This document shows positions 49,611-59,901 of a stretch of DNA of 64,000 nt, piece by piece. Under the pieces are notes generated by a model. That model did no database searches and was not told the origin of the DNA. It worked only from the letters and a program-made list of their open reading frames with translations. Source of the DNA: an uncultured Campylobacterales bacterium (lineage in GTDB: Bacteria; Campylobacterota; Campylobacteria; Campylobacterales; QNZT01); assembly GCA_964443745.1 (NCBI GenBank), contig CAYUEN010000002.1:46140-110139 (forward strand). Direction: 5' to 3'. A program made the translations under genes and the position numbers. How positions within the stretch are numbered: position 1 is the first letter of the stretch; the number at the start of each line of letters is the position of its first letter.

Positions 49611-51197
49611 TTGAAAAAGAGAGTCAAGGAGATCCTCAAAAAACATATCGAAGGCGACTTCGCGCTCGAAAAGCCCAAAGAGGCCGCTTTCGGCCACTAT
49701 GCGACCCCCGCGGCCTTTTCGTTGGCCAAAATCCACAGAAAATCCCCGATGCTGATCGCCGAGGAACTCTCCGCGGTTCTTGATCGCGAAGAGATCTTCG
49801 AAAGCGCCGAAGCGCTGAAGGGGTATATCAACTTCAAACTCAGCGACAAGTTTCTGGATATGTTGGCGACCGACGCGATCGAAAACGAAGCGGAGTTCGG
49901 CAGGGCGGAGCTGGGAGAGAAGATACTGCTGGAGTATGTGAGCGCCAATCCTACGGGACCCCTTCATATCGGACATGCCAGGGGAGCGGTTTTCGGCGAT
50001 ACGCTCTATAGGATCGCCAAGCATCTTGGGTGCGAGATAGAGAGCGAATATTACGTCAACGACGCTGGTAACCAGATCTATCTGCTGGGGCTTTCGATTT
50101 TCCTGGCGGGCAAAGAGCGGTTCACCGATACGGAAGTGGCGTGGCCCGAAGAGTATTATCGGGGAGAGTATATCCAGGATCTCGCGAGTGAGGCCAAGGT
50201 GCATTTTGGTGTGGAGATTTTCGAAGACGAAGCCTCCGTCGAGAAGCTGAGCGAATGGGGCAAGGAGCGGATGCTGGAGTTGATTCGCCGTAATCTGGCG
50301 GACGTTGGAATCAGATTCGATCGGTACGTGAGTGAAAAAGCGCTCTTTTCCAAATGGCCCCGGACGCTCGAAAAGCTCGAAGCGCATGATGCCGTCTACG
50401 AAAAAGAGGGGAAAATCTGGCTCAAATCCAGCGCATACGGTGACGAAAAGGATCGGGTGATCGTCAGGGAAGACGGCAGACCCACCTATCTGGCGGGAGA
50501 CATCATCTATCACAACGACAAATTCGAGCGCGGCTTCGAACGTTATATCAATATCTGGGGTGCCGATCATCATGGTTATATCGCGAGAGTCAAGGCGGCC
50601 GTGAAGTTTCTCGGATACGACCCTGATAGACTCGAGGTGATCCTCTCGCAAATGGTCTCTTTGCTCAAAGGGGGCGAACCCTACAAGATGAGCAAGCGTG
50701 CGGGCAATTTCATTCTGATGAGCGATGTCGTGGATGAGATCGGTGCGGACGCACTGCGTTTCGTTTTTTTGACCAAGCGAAGCGATACCCATCTGGAGTT
50801 TGATGTGGATCAGCTCAAACAGCAGGATAGTTCGAACCCGATCTACTATATCCAGTACGCCCATGCACGTATCAACCAACTCTTCGAAAAAAGCGGAAAA
50901 AAGGTCGAAGATGTGGTCGGAGTGCCTCTGGAGAATCTGCATAAAGATGCCCACAACTTGCTTTTTAATGCCCTTTTGCTTCCCGAAGTACTCGAAGACG
51001 CCTTCGTCTCCAGGCAACTCAACAAACTAAGCGACTATCTCAAAGCGCTTGCGGCGGGATATCACCAATTCTACAACAAACACAAAGTCATCGGCACAAA
51101 GCGGGAGGATTCGCTGCTCAAACTCTCCGCGATGGTGGCCCTATCGCTCCGCACGGGTCTGAGATTGATGGGGATCGAAGCCAAATACCGCATGTAA
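49611..51197 (+). CDS. argS: arginine--tRNA ligase
   Basis: TTG start. Class I HIGH motif (PTGPLHIGHARG) and a KMSKR-type motif (YKMSKRAG). C-terminal anticodon-binding domain ending ...YRM. Confidence 0.92.
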   Translation: MKKRVKEILKKHIEGDFALEKPKEAAFGHYATPAAFSLAKIHRKSPMLIAEELSAVLDREEIFESAEALKGYINFKLSDKFLDMLATDAIENEAEFGRAELGEKILLEYVSANPTGPLHIGHARGAVFGDTLYRIAKHLGCEIESEYYVNDAGNQIYLLGLSIFLAGKERFTDTEVAWPEEYYRGEYIQDLASEAKVHFGVEIFEDEASVEKLSEWGKERMLELIRRNLADVGIRFDRYVSEKALFSKWPRTLEKLEAHDAVYEKEGKIWLKSSAYGDEKDRVIVREDGRPTYLAGDIIYHNDKFERGFERYINIWGADHHGYIARVKAAVKFLGYDPDRLEVILSQMVSLLKGGEPYKMSKRAGNFILMSDVVDEIGADALRFVFLTKRSDTHLEFDVDQLKQQDSSNPIYYIQYAHARINQLFEKSGKKVEDVVGVPLENLHKDAHNLLFNALLLPEVLEDAFVSRQLNKLSDYLKALAAGYHQFYNKHKVIGTKREDSLLKLSAMVALSLRTGLRLMGIEAKYRM

Positions 51198-51222
51198 CCC
51201 GTCGAAACGCGGCTCTTGATTT

Positions 51223-51237
51223 TGAAAAACGATTTCA
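51223..51237. promoter_or_regulatory. palindrome TGAAA-N5-TTTCA, distal copy, upstream of feoB
   Basis: TGAAAAACGATTTCA, embedded in a ~30-bp unit repeated 62 bp downstream. Confidence 0.4.
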
Positions 51238-51284
51238 TTATTAAGAGCCTTTTAAGAGAGGGGCTGCTACAATTCTTTTGAATT

Positions 51285-51299
51285 TGAAAAACAATTTCA
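51285..51299. promoter_or_regulatory. palindrome TGAAA-N5-TTTCA, proximal copy, abutting a CATAAT -10-like hexamer
   Basis: TGAAAAACAATTTCA followed by ATATCATAAT. It lies 31 nt upstream of the feoB ATG. Confidence 0.4.
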
Positions 51300-51330
51300 A
51301 TATCATAATTTCCGGAGAGGAAAAATTACG

Positions 51331-53454
51331 ATGAAACCTGAAAAAATTACGGTCGTTCTCGCCGGCCAGCCCAACGTCGGAAAGAGTATGTTGATCAACG
51401 CGATCAGCGACGCCAGACTCAAAGTGGGAAATTTCAGCGGCGTGACCGTCGACAAGACGGAGGTGGCGTTCAACTACTGCGACGAGAAGCGTTGCAGGGA
51501 TTACGAAATTCACATCATCGATCTACCGGGTGCTTACTCCCTCAACGACTTCACGATCGAGGAGAAGGTGACAAAACGCTTTTTGGAGCAAGAAGCGTAC
51601 GATCTGATCGTCAACGTGGTCGATTCGACGAACCTCGAGCGCAATCTCCTTTTCACCGCCGAACTTCTCGAAACGGGCAGAAAGATGGTCGTCGCGCTCA
51701 ATATGAGCGACGAAGCACAAAAGGAGGGGATCGAAATCGACGAAAAACAGTTGAGTCAGATTCTCGGTGTTCCGTGTATCAAGACGAGTGCGAAAGAACA
51801 TAGCGGAATCGAAGCGCTCAAAGAGGCGATCATCCAGGTGCACAACAAACCCCGCACCGACTCCAAAATCGTTTACAGCGACGTGATCGAGGAGGAGATC
51901 GCACGGATCGTCTCGTTTTTCGAAGAGAAGCGATACAACTGTAAAATGCCCTACAAGAAGGTAGCGGTCAAACTGCTCAAAGAGGACAAAGAGGTCTATC
52001 AGAAGCTGCATGACGATCCGATCTGGATCGAGTTGCTGCCGATCATCAGGGAGGCGTTGAACCACATCTACGTCCACTACGGTACGAAAGATCTGGAAGA
52101 GATTTTCGAGGACGAGCGGATCGCTTTTGCGAGGGGGGCGGCGCTGGAGGTGATGAAAATCAAAAAAGAGCGGCCTCGGACACTCACCGAAAAGATCGAC
52201 GCGATATTGATCAACAACTACTTCGGTATCCCGATTTTTCTCTTTTTGATGTGGGGATTGTTTCAACTCACCTTTACCGTGGGCGCGATCCCGATGGATT
52301 GGATCGACCGATTCTTCACCGCATTGGCGGAGGGGGCGACGAAACTCTTCGGCGAAGGGGTTTTCGGTTCGGTGATCAGCGACGGCATCATCGGCGGCGT
52401 GGGGGCCGTGGTGATGTTTTTGCCCAACATTCTGATTCTTTTTCTGGGGATCGCGCTGCTGGAGACGACCGGCTATATGAGCCGGGTCGCCTTTTTGTTG
52501 GACGGTTTTTTTCACAAATTCGGTCTGCACGGCAAGAGTTTCATCCCGCTCGTGACGGGGTTCGGTTGTTCGGTACCCGCCTATATGGCGGCACGTACGC
52601 TCAAAAACGAAAAAGATCGTCTGTTGACGCTTTTTATCATCGGATTCATGAGCTGCGGGGCGAGATTGCCGATCTATGTCCTCTTTACGGGTGCCTTCTT
52701 TTCCGAAGCGGTGGCGGGCAACGTACTTTTTGGAATCTATATCACCGGGGCGTTGCTGGGGCTGGCGGCGGCGAAGGTGCTCAATATCTTCGTATTCAAA
52801 GGGGAGGATGAGCCGTTTGTCATGGAGATGCCCAAATATCGGTGGCCTTCGGCCAAACTGATTTGGCATACCGTCTATACGCAGGGAATGATGTATCTGA
52901 AAAAGGCGGGAACCTTCATCATGGCGGCATCGATTCTGGTGTGGTTCGCGAGCAACTATCCCAAGCAACCCGAACTCGAAGAGCAGTATCGGATCAAAAT
53001 CGAACGAACAGACGATACCGCTGTGAAAAAAAAGCTTGCCGACGAGTTGAACATGAAACGACTCGAAGAGAGTTATCTGGGGTTGTTCGGAAAAGCGACC
53101 GAACCGTTTTTCGCGCCTTTGGGTATGAATTGGAAGATGAGTGTGGCGCTCGAAGCGGGGCTGGCGGCGAAAGAGGTGGTCGTATCCACGCTGGGCGTAC
53201 TCTACGCGTTGGGTGAGACCGATGAATCCTCACAGGGGCTCAAGGAGCAGATCAAAAAACATATCCCGCTGCCCGCGGCCGTGGCGTTTATCGTCTTCGT
53301 GATGATCTATCTGCCGTGTTTTGCGGCTTCGGCGGTCTTTACCAAAGAGGCGGGAGGGGTGAAATATCTGGTCTATCTCTTTCTCTTCACCACCTCGACG
53401 GCCTGGGTGATGAGTTTTCTCGCCTACCATATCGCACAAGGAGTTCTCACATGA
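51331..53454 (+). CDS. feoB: ferrous iron transporter FeoB
   Basis: N-terminal G-domain (GQPNVGKS, DLPG) plus a polytopic permease domain. 707 aa. Confidence 0.93.
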   Translation: MKPEKITVVLAGQPNVGKSMLINAISDARLKVGNFSGVTVDKTEVAFNYCDEKRCRDYEIHIIDLPGAYSLNDFTIEEKVTKRFLEQEAYDLIVNVVDSTNLERNLLFTAELLETGRKMVVALNMSDEAQKEGIEIDEKQLSQILGVPCIKTSAKEHSGIEALKEAIIQVHNKPRTDSKIVYSDVIEEEIARIVSFFEEKRYNCKMPYKKVAVKLLKEDKEVYQKLHDDPIWIELLPIIREALNHIYVHYGTKDLEEIFEDERIAFARGAALEVMKIKKERPRTLTEKIDAILINNYFGIPIFLFLMWGLFQLTFTVGAIPMDWIDRFFTALAEGATKLFGEGVFGSVISDGIIGGVGAVVMFLPNILILFLGIALLETTGYMSRVAFLLDGFFHKFGLHGKSFIPLVTGFGCSVPAYMAARTLKNEKDRLLTLFIIGFMSCGARLPIYVLFTGAFFSEAVAGNVLFGIYITGALLGLAAAKVLNIFVFKGEDEPFVMEMPKYRWPSAKLIWHTVYTQGMMYLKKAGTFIMAASILVWFASNYPKQPELEEQYRIKIERTDDTAVKKKLADELNMKRLEESYLGLFGKATEPFFAPLGMNWKMSVALEAGLAAKEVVVSTLGVLYALGETDESSQGLKEQIKKHIPLPAAVAFIVFVMIYLPCFAASAVFTKEAGGVKYLVYLFLFTTSTAWVMSFLAYHIAQGVLT

Positions 53455-53693
53455 TCAACATCTACCATCTGAAAGTGGGTGATCGCGGCAGGATCGTCAA
53501 AATCCATGCCGGAAAGACGCTCAAAGCGAGACTCAAATCGTTCGGGATTTATCCCGGAGTGACGTTTCGCATTCGTGCTTTTTCGCTGGGGAAGAACAAT
53601 GTGGAGCTGGAGGTGGGGCAGACGCTCGTTGCCCTTCGCAAGGGAGAGATGGAAAAAATAGAGGTGGAGAGAGTCGAAGATGAAACGGTTTAG
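53451..53693 (+). CDS. feoA: FeoA-family small SH3-like protein
   Basis: 80 aa: L..L..G..G.I..I (LKVGDRGRIVKI...LKSFGIYPGVTFRI) is FeoA-like. ATGA overlap with the feoB stop. Confidence 0.8.
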   Translation: MINIYHLKVGDRGRIVKIHAGKTLKARLKSFGIYPGVTFRIRAFSLGKNNVELEVGQTLVALRKGEMEKIEVERVEDETV

Positions 53694-54804
53694 ATTCAAC
53701 AGATGCATCTTGATGTTGTTTTCGATGGCGTCGATCGCTCCGGCCGTTTTTGCGGCGGATGCCAAAACCGAGGGATGGTTGCGACTGGGGTATCAATATC
53801 AGGAGCGAAGCGATCTGGCAATCGGAGGGATGCTCCGTATCGAAAGCGAACCGTATCGCGGAATCTCCGCGGGGGCGGGTTTTTATACCAGCAACGGACT
53901 CAAAGATCGTGAAAATATCGGTATTCCCTTCTACGGAAGCGAAAACGACTCCTACGCGATTTTGGGAGAAGCTTATCTGAAAGGAAAATGGGCCGGGACC
54001 GAAGCGGTCGCAGGTAGGCAGCGAATCGATATCCCCTATTTCGATACGGACGATATCGGAATGGTACCCAACACTTTCGAAGCCCTGCGCATCTCAAACC
54101 GCGATCTGTCGGGAATCGCGCTCCATGCGTTTTGGATCACGCGGATGGCGGGAGTGGACGCCCCGAAACCGGAGAGTTTCACCGACATAGGAAAACATGG
54201 TGCGCAGGTTGCGGGTATCGTTTGGGAAGGTGATTTCGGACTTACGCTGGAGGGGTGGTATGCCCGCATAAGAGACGAAGCCGATCTTACCTATCTGGAA
54301 GGAAGTTACGAAGGATTAAGGGGGGATATCGGCTACACCGTCGCGTTGCAATATTCCATCCAAGAGTACGACGGGGGCGGCGAAGCGGATATATACGGTA
54401 TGGCGGCGGATATCGGATATACGCCTTGGGGGGTGAATCTACAGTTTGCCTACAACGAAACCGACTCCAAAAACGGTGGGGTTGCGGACAATTTCTACGG
54501 AGGCGGACCCTTCTTCACCAGTTGCGAACACCTCACGCTCGCAGATGCCGACGTAGACGGCAAGGCGTGGCGTATCGGGTTGGAGTGGGATCTGGCCTCC
54601 TTTGGAGCGGATGGGATTTCGATCGCGCTTTCCAGACTCGATCTTTCGGGTCCGAAAGCCGATGCGGAGGAGTTCGACTATCATCTCTCCTTCGCGGCAA
54701 GCGATGCCTTGACGGTCGATCTGATCTACAGCGACGTCGAGGATGACAAAGTGTTTGAGAGGAGCTTCGAAAATACCCGCCTGTTTCTCAATTACACTTT
54801 TTGA
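53680..54804 (+). CDS. outer-membrane beta-barrel porin (OprD-family-like)
   Basis: Signal peptide ...SIAPAVFA/AD. Alternating beta-strand pattern, AIGGMLRIESEPYRGISAGAGFYTS, C-terminal ...LFLNYTF. The start overlaps feoA by 14 nt. Confidence 0.65.
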   Translation: MKRFRFNRCILMLFSMASIAPAVFAADAKTEGWLRLGYQYQERSDLAIGGMLRIESEPYRGISAGAGFYTSNGLKDRENIGIPFYGSENDSYAILGEAYLKGKWAGTEAVAGRQRIDIPYFDTDDIGMVPNTFEALRISNRDLSGIALHAFWITRMAGVDAPKPESFTDIGKHGAQVAGIVWEGDFGLTLEGWYARIRDEADLTYLEGSYEGLRGDIGYTVALQYSIQEYDGGGEADIYGMAADIGYTPWGVNLQFAYNETDSKNGGVADNFYGGGPFFTSCEHLTLADADVDGKAWRIGLEWDLASFGADGISIALSRLDLSGPKADAEEFDYHLSFAASDALTVDLIYSDVEDDKVFERSFENTRLFLNYTF

Positions 54805-54884
54805 GGTCTAAACGGCACCGCATATCGGCACCGCATACGTTTTTGTGATATCATGTTTTAAACGTACCCAAACGAGGAGTCGAT

Positions 54885-55334
54885 ATGGCCGCAAAGATTT
54901 TCAACGCGTTGCTTCTTGGGATGATATTCGTTTTGGTATTGGATTTTCTGCTTTTTGGCGGACTCAAAATCAACTATTTCGACCATTACGGGATCAAGGA
55001 GTATTTCAATACGATTTTCGCGGACAACCAATCGCTTCTTCTGCTCTTGGCGGCGGGGTTTTTGTTCGGATACGCGATGTTGTATCTGAGGGGATCGGCG
55101 GTTTTCGACCGTATCTATCTGGTATTGATTCTCCTTTTCGCCTCCACCTTCTATCCGCCGGTCGGACGGGCGGTGGGGGAGATGCTTTTTGTCGAAAAAA
55201 ACCGGGAGCTTCGGCTCTACGATACCAATATCACGGCGGATATTCTCTACGAAGGCAGAGAAACGCTCTATATCAAAAAGCCGGGCCAGACGAAAGCGAC
55301 CGCGGTTTCGAAACGGTGGGTCGTCTACCGCTGA
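54885..55334 (+). CDS. hypothetical membrane protein
   Basis: 149 aa with ~3 TM helices, then a basic soluble tail. I recognised no motif. Confidence 0.5.
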   Translation: MAAKIFNALLLGMIFVLVLDFLLFGGLKINYFDHYGIKEYFNTIFADNQSLLLLLAAGFLFGYAMLYLRGSAVFDRIYLVLILLFASTFYPPVGRAVGEMLFVEKNRELRLYDTNITADILYEGRETLYIKKPGQTKATAVSKRWVVYR

Positions 55335-55337
55335 AGA

Positions 55338-55991
55338 CTATGCGGCCTTGAAATTCTCTCTGCTTTTACAAAACTCTTTCAAAAAACAGTCGGTTTCGCA
55401 TTTGGGGTTTTTGGCGGTGCAGATATAGCGGCCGAAGAGTACCATCGCCTGGTGGAGTTCGTGCAGATGATCCTTGAAGGCTTTAACAAGATCTTCTTCG
55501 GTCTTTTTCGCGGTTTTGGCATCGCTCAGCCCCAGCCTGTGGGCGACGCGAAAGACGTGGGTGTCGACGGCCATCAAGTTGGCCTGGGTATATTCGATCA
55601 TGACCACATGGGCGGTTTTCTGTCCGACACCCGATAGTTTGATCAACTCTTTTTCATCCAGCGGGATATTGCCGCCGTAGTTTTCCATCACGCTTTTGGC
55701 CATTTTGATCAGGTTTTTGGCTTTGTTGTTGAAAAAGGAGCAGCTTTTGATCAGGTTTTTCACCTCCTCCGGGTCGGCTTCGGCGAGCTCTTTGGGGGAG
55801 GGGTATTTTTCGAAAAGAGCGGGGGTGATCATATTGACCCGCTTGTCGGTGCATTGGGCCGAGAGCATGACCGCCACGAGCAATTCGTACAGATTGCGGT
55901 ATTTTAGCTCCGTGTGCGCTCCTTTGTAGTGTTCTATCAGCCGTTTCTTGATCTCTTCGATCTCTTTTCGTGTCGCTTTTTTGGGCATCAT
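55338..55991 (-). CDS. nth: endonuclease III
   Basis: HhH-GPD (LIKLSGVGQKTAHVV) and a C-terminal 4Fe-4S cluster loop CTAKNPKCETDCFLKEFC. Confidence 0.9.
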   Translation of the reverse strand: MMPKKATRKEIEEIKKRLIEHYKGAHTELKYRNLYELLVAVMLSAQCTDKRVNMITPALFEKYPSPKELAEADPEEVKNLIKSCSFFNNKAKNLIKMAKSVMENYGGNIPLDEKELIKLSGVGQKTAHVVMIEYTQANLMAVDTHVFRVAHRLGLSDAKTAKKTEEDLVKAFKDHLHELHQAMVLFGRYICTAKNPKCETDCFLKEFCKSRENFKAA

Positions 55992-56332
55992 TTCTCCGTA
56001 TCGTCGAATGAATCGGGTTTTTTGCGTTCGCCGAGAAACTCTTCCAGATTGTAGCGGGTGCGGTATTCGGGAGTCATCAGGTGAATCAGCAGATCTCCCA
56101 GATCGATCACGCTCCACTCGTCGCTCTCTTCCACGTTCAGCAGCGATTCTCCCTCTTTTTTGAGAACGCTTTTGATATGGTCGAGCAGGGCGAGGCCGTG
56201 TTTGCCTCCGAGGGTGGTGGCGATGATCACGTCGTCTACGAAATAATCCTTCCCACGCATATCGAATACCTGGATGTTTTCCGCCTTTTTTCGATCGAGT
56301 TCATCGACGATTTTTTCTATTCTTCGGCTCAT
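55988..56332 (-). CDS. rsfS: ribosome silencing factor
   Basis: ~114 aa with RsfS/iojap-like core (ENIQVFDMRGK..FVDDVIIAT, W.VIDLGDLLIHLMTPE.R..YNLE). Confidence 0.85.
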   Translation of the reverse strand: MSRRIEKIVDELDRKKAENIQVFDMRGKDYFVDDVIIATTLGGKHGLALLDHIKSVLKKEGESLLNVEESDEWSVIDLGDLLIHLMTPEYRTRYNLEEFLGERKKPDSFDDTEK

Positions 56333-56876
56333 CTTTCTCCTTGTGTCCGTAGTAGTATGCCAGTATGTCGTCCGCGATGTTCGCAGGTAGCCGATCGCGC
56401 CTCGGACGACGTCTGAGTTCCGTGGAGCTGATACTAACATGAATGTCCAGTTTTTGCAAATTTTCGGGGATTTTCACCCCCTCTCTGGTGGCGACGACGA
56501 AAGTGACGAGCGAGGCCAGTTTTTCATAGTCGTGCCAGCGGTGGAGGGAGGCGAGGTTGTCCGCTCCGATGATGAGGTAGATTTTTTGCGGACGGTAGAT
56601 TTTTTTCAGATATCGGATCGTCTCGATCGTGGGTACGGGGCGGTTTTGGCGCATTTCGTAATCGCACACTTTCGCTCTGGGATAGCGCGAGAGCAGTTTT
56701 TTTACCCAAGCGTATCGAAGAGCCGGCGGTGCGCGGAAACTTCTCTTGAAAGGGTTGCGCCAGGCGGGTACGACGAGAAGACGACCGATATCGAGCTTTC
56801 GGAGCGCTTGTCTGACAATCTCTTCGTGGCCGATGTGTGGAGGATCGAAACTTCCTCCGAAGACTGCGATATTCAT
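56301..56876 (-). CDS. nadD: nicotinate-nucleotide adenylyltransferase
   Basis: FGGSFDPPHIGH nucleotidyltransferase motif and a C-terminal ISSTELR motif. Confidence 0.88.
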   Translation of the reverse strand: MNIAVFGGSFDPPHIGHEEIVRQALRKLDIGRLLVVPAWRNPFKRSFRAPPALRYAWVKKLLSRYPRAKVCDYEMRQNRPVPTIETIRYLKKIYRPQKIYLIIGADNLASLHRWHDYEKLASLVTFVVATREGVKIPENLQKLDIHVSISSTELRRRPRRDRLPANIADDILAYYYGHKEKDEPKNRKNRR

Positions 56877-56967
56877 TTAATCTGTTTAAAATCCTATTTA
56901 AATTAAAATGTTAATTGACGATACTGAATGTAACGAAGTATACTATAAACGGACTAAAGGAGGCAAT

Positions 56968-57972
56968 GTGGCGATCAAAGTGGCGATTACGGGCTTTGGA
57001 CGAATAGGAAGATGTGTGGCGAGGATTCTGGACGAAAGAGACGATATAGAGCTCGTCGCCGTCAACGACACCACCGATCGTGAAATGACGAAATATCTGC
57101 TCAAATACGACAGTGTCCATGGAGAATTCGGGGGAGAGGTGGAGATACTCGAAGACGACTATATGCAAATCGGAAAATCGAAGGTCAAGTTTCTCAACGA
57201 CAGAAATCCCGCCAATCTCCATTTCGCCGATTACGGCGCGGAGGTGTTGCTCGAATGTACGGGGGCGTTTTATACCCAGGAGAAATCGCAGGTGTATATC
57301 GACAACGGGATCAAGAAAGTGGTCTTCTCCGCACCGGCGAAAGACAAAGAGACGGCCACGTTCGTGATGGGTGTCAACGAAGAGCGCTACGCCGGAGAGA
57401 AGATCATCTCCAACGCCAGCTGTACGACCAACTGCCTCGCGCCGGTGACCAAGGTGCTCGACGATGCGTTCGGGATCGAAAAGGGGCTCGTGACGACGGT
57501 CCACTCCTATACGAACGATCAGAACATTCTCGATGTCAAGCACAAGAAAGATCCCAGGCGCGCCAGAGCCGCGGCGGTCAACATGATCCCCACGACCACG
57601 GGTGCCGCCAAGGCGATCGGACTGGTGATGCCCCATCTGAAAGGGAGACTCAACGGACAGGCGATCCGTGTTCCCACGCCGGACGTCTCACTCGTGGATC
57701 TGAATGTGGTTTTGAAGAAGGAGACGACCAAAGAGGAGGTCAACGCGGCGTTTGAGGCCGCCCAAAACGGCAATCTCAAGGGTATCATCGCGGTCGATTA
57801 CGACAAACGTGTCAGCAGCGATTTTCTCGGAACACAAATCAGTGCGATCGTCGCGGCCGATCTAACTCAGGTGGTCGAAGGGAATATGGTCAAGGTGATC
57901 GCCTGGTACGACAACGAGTGGGGGTATAGCTGCAGGCTGATCGACATGGCCAAATATGTCGCAACACATTAG
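56968..57972 (+). CDS. gapA: glyceraldehyde-3-phosphate dehydrogenase
   Basis: GTG start 4 nt after AGGAGG. NAD motif GFGRIGR, active site SNASCTTNCLAP, WYDNEWGYS. Confidence 0.92.
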   Translation: MAIKVAITGFGRIGRCVARILDERDDIELVAVNDTTDREMTKYLLKYDSVHGEFGGEVEILEDDYMQIGKSKVKFLNDRNPANLHFADYGAEVLLECTGAFYTQEKSQVYIDNGIKKVVFSAPAKDKETATFVMGVNEERYAGEKIISNASCTTNCLAPVTKVLDDAFGIEKGLVTTVHSYTNDQNILDVKHKKDPRRARAAAVNMIPTTTGAAKAIGLVMPHLKGRLNGQAIRVPTPDVSLVDLNVVLKKETTKEEVNAAFEAAQNGNLKGIIAVDYDKRVSSDFLGTQISAIVAADLTQVVEGNMVKVIAWYDNEWGYSCRLIDMAKYVATH

Positions 57973-57987
57973 GAGAAAGAGTATTCA

Positions 57988-59187
57988 ATGGAACTGTTAT
58001 CGATCAAAAATCTGGATTTAGAGGGTAAAAGCGTCTTCATCAGATGCGATTTCAACGTCCCCAAAGACGAATTCGGCAATATCAGCGACGACCGCCGTAT
58101 CCGTTCGGCCCTGCCGACGATCCGCTACTGTCTCGATCATGATTGCAAGATCGTTCTGGCCAGCCATTACGGCAGACCCAAGCCGGGAGAGTGGAACGAA
58201 GAGAAAGATTCGCTCAAGCCGGTCGCTAAAAGGCTGCATACGCTGCTCAAGCAAGATATCATCATGGCGGACAACGTCGTGGGGGACGATACGATAGAAC
58301 GGGCACGCAATCTCAACGGCGGCGAAATCATGCTGCTGGAAAATCTGCGCTACAATCCCGGAGAGACCGCCAACGACGAAGAGTTCGCCAGACGTCTTTC
58401 GCTGATGGGCGAAATCTACATCAACGACGCTTTCGGCGCGAGCCATAGACGGCACGCTTCCATCTACGCCCTTCCCGCACTCTATGACAAAGCCCATAAA
58501 GCGGCCGGTTTTCTGATGCAAAAAGAGGTCAATTTCTTTCACAAAATGATCAGCAATCCCAGCCGCCCTTTCGTCGCGGTGGTAGGAGGATCGAAAGTCT
58601 CCGGCAAACTCGAAGCGTTGGTGAATCTGATCGAAAAGGTCGACAAGCTGATCATCGGCGGCGGGATGGCATTCACTTTTCTCAAGGCGCAGGGATACGA
58701 AGTGGGCAAATCGCTCGTCGAAGAGCATCTGATGGAGGATGCGAAGAAGATCATCTATCGTGCGATGGGGTTGGGCGTCAAATTCTACCTGCCGGTCGAT
58801 CTGGTCGTCTCTCCCGAAATGAGCGAAGAGGCGCCCGTCAAATTTCTTCCGATCCAGGAGATTCCGAAGGAGTGGATGGGACTGGATGTGGGGCCTGCGA
58901 CCAATCGCCTCTTCAGAGAGGCGCTCAACGACGCCCAGACGATTCTCTGGAACGGGCCGATGGGGGTTTTCGAGATGGACAAATTCTCCAAAGGGAGTTT
59001 CATGATGAGCCACTACATCGCCGAATCGCATGCGACGACGATCATAGGCGGCGGTGATACCGCTGATGTGGTCCAGCGTGCGGGCGACATAGACGAAATG
59101 ACCTTCATCTCCACGGGTGGCGGCGCGAGTCTGGAGCTGCTGGAAGGCAAAACGCTGCCGGGCGTCGAAGCGGTGATGGCGTCATGA
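57988..59187 (+). CDS. pgk: phosphoglycerate kinase
   Basis: [18 protein letters not shown] and GGGDT motifs. Confidence 0.93.
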   Translation: MELLSIKNLDLEGKSVFIRCDFNVPKDEFGNISDDRRIRSALPTIRYCLDHDCKIVLASHYGRPKPGEWNEEKDSLKPVAKRLHTLLKQDIIMADNVVGDDTIERARNLNGGEIMLLENLRYNPGETANDEEFARRLSLMGEIYINDAFGASHRRHASIYALPALYDKAHKAAGFLMQKEVNFFHKMISNPSRPFVAVVGGSKVSGKLEALVNLIEKVDKLIIGGGMAFTFLKAQGYEVGKSLVEEHLMEDAKKIIYRAMGLGVKFYLPVDLVVSPEMSEEAPVKFLPIQEIPKEWMGLDVGPATNRLFREALNDAQTILWNGPMGVFEMDKFSKGSFMMSHYIAESHATTIIGGGDTADVVQRAGDIDEMTFISTGGGASLELLEGKTLPGVEAVMAS

Positions 59188-59882
59188 TCATCGCTTCCAA
59201 TTTCAAGACCAACCACACCCGCGCGTCCACGGCGGCCTATCTCCAAGCGCTTGGGACGCTTAGGAGTGAGGAGACGATTCTGGTCTTTCCTCCGGCGACT
59301 GCGCTCGATCGTTTCGAATTGCCGGAAAATATCCGTGTAGGCGTACAAAACGCCTATCCCGTGGAAAAGGGATCTTTCACCGGAGAGATCGGTCTGCAGC
59401 AGATCGAGGAGTTTAGCATATCGACGATCCTGATCGGCCACAGCGAAAGACGCCATATTCTGAAAGAATCCCAGGATCTGATCGCACGGAAGTTCGCCTT
59501 TTTCGCCGAGAGGGGATTTATGATCGTCTACTGTATCGGCGAGCCGTTGGAAATTCGTCAAGCGGGCATAGAGAGCGTCGTAGCGTACAACCGTGAACAG
59601 TTGCGGGGGATCGATACCGGCTACGAGAATCTGATCGTCGCCTACGAGCCGGTTTGGGCGATCGGGACCGGCGTGAGCGCCACCATCGAGCAGATCGACG
59701 AGACGCTGCGCAAGCTTCGCGAAGATATCGACAAACCGCTGCTTTACGGCGGAAGCGTCAAGGTGGAGAATATCGAAGAGATTCTGCGCATTCGAGATTG
59801 CGACGGGGTGTTGGTCGGAACCGCCAGCTGGGATGTGGAGAACTTCAAAGCGATGATCGCCATTGCCGAAGAGGTCGACTGA
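59184..59882 (+). CDS. tpiA: triosephosphate isomerase
   Basis: [24 protein letters not shown] motifs. ATGA overlap with pgk. Confidence 0.9.
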   Translation: MIIASNFKTNHTRASTAAYLQALGTLRSEETILVFPPATALDRFELPENIRVGVQNAYPVEKGSFTGEIGLQQIEEFSISTILIGHSERRHILKESQDLIARKFAFFAERGFMIVYCIGEPLEIRQAGIESVVAYNREQLRGIDTGYENLIVAYEPVWAIGTGVSATIEQIDETLRKLREDIDKPLLYGGSVKVENIEEILRIRDCDGVLVGTASWDVENFKAMIAIAEEVD

Positions 59883-59901
59883 TTTTCGGGATGCGATCGG
59901 A

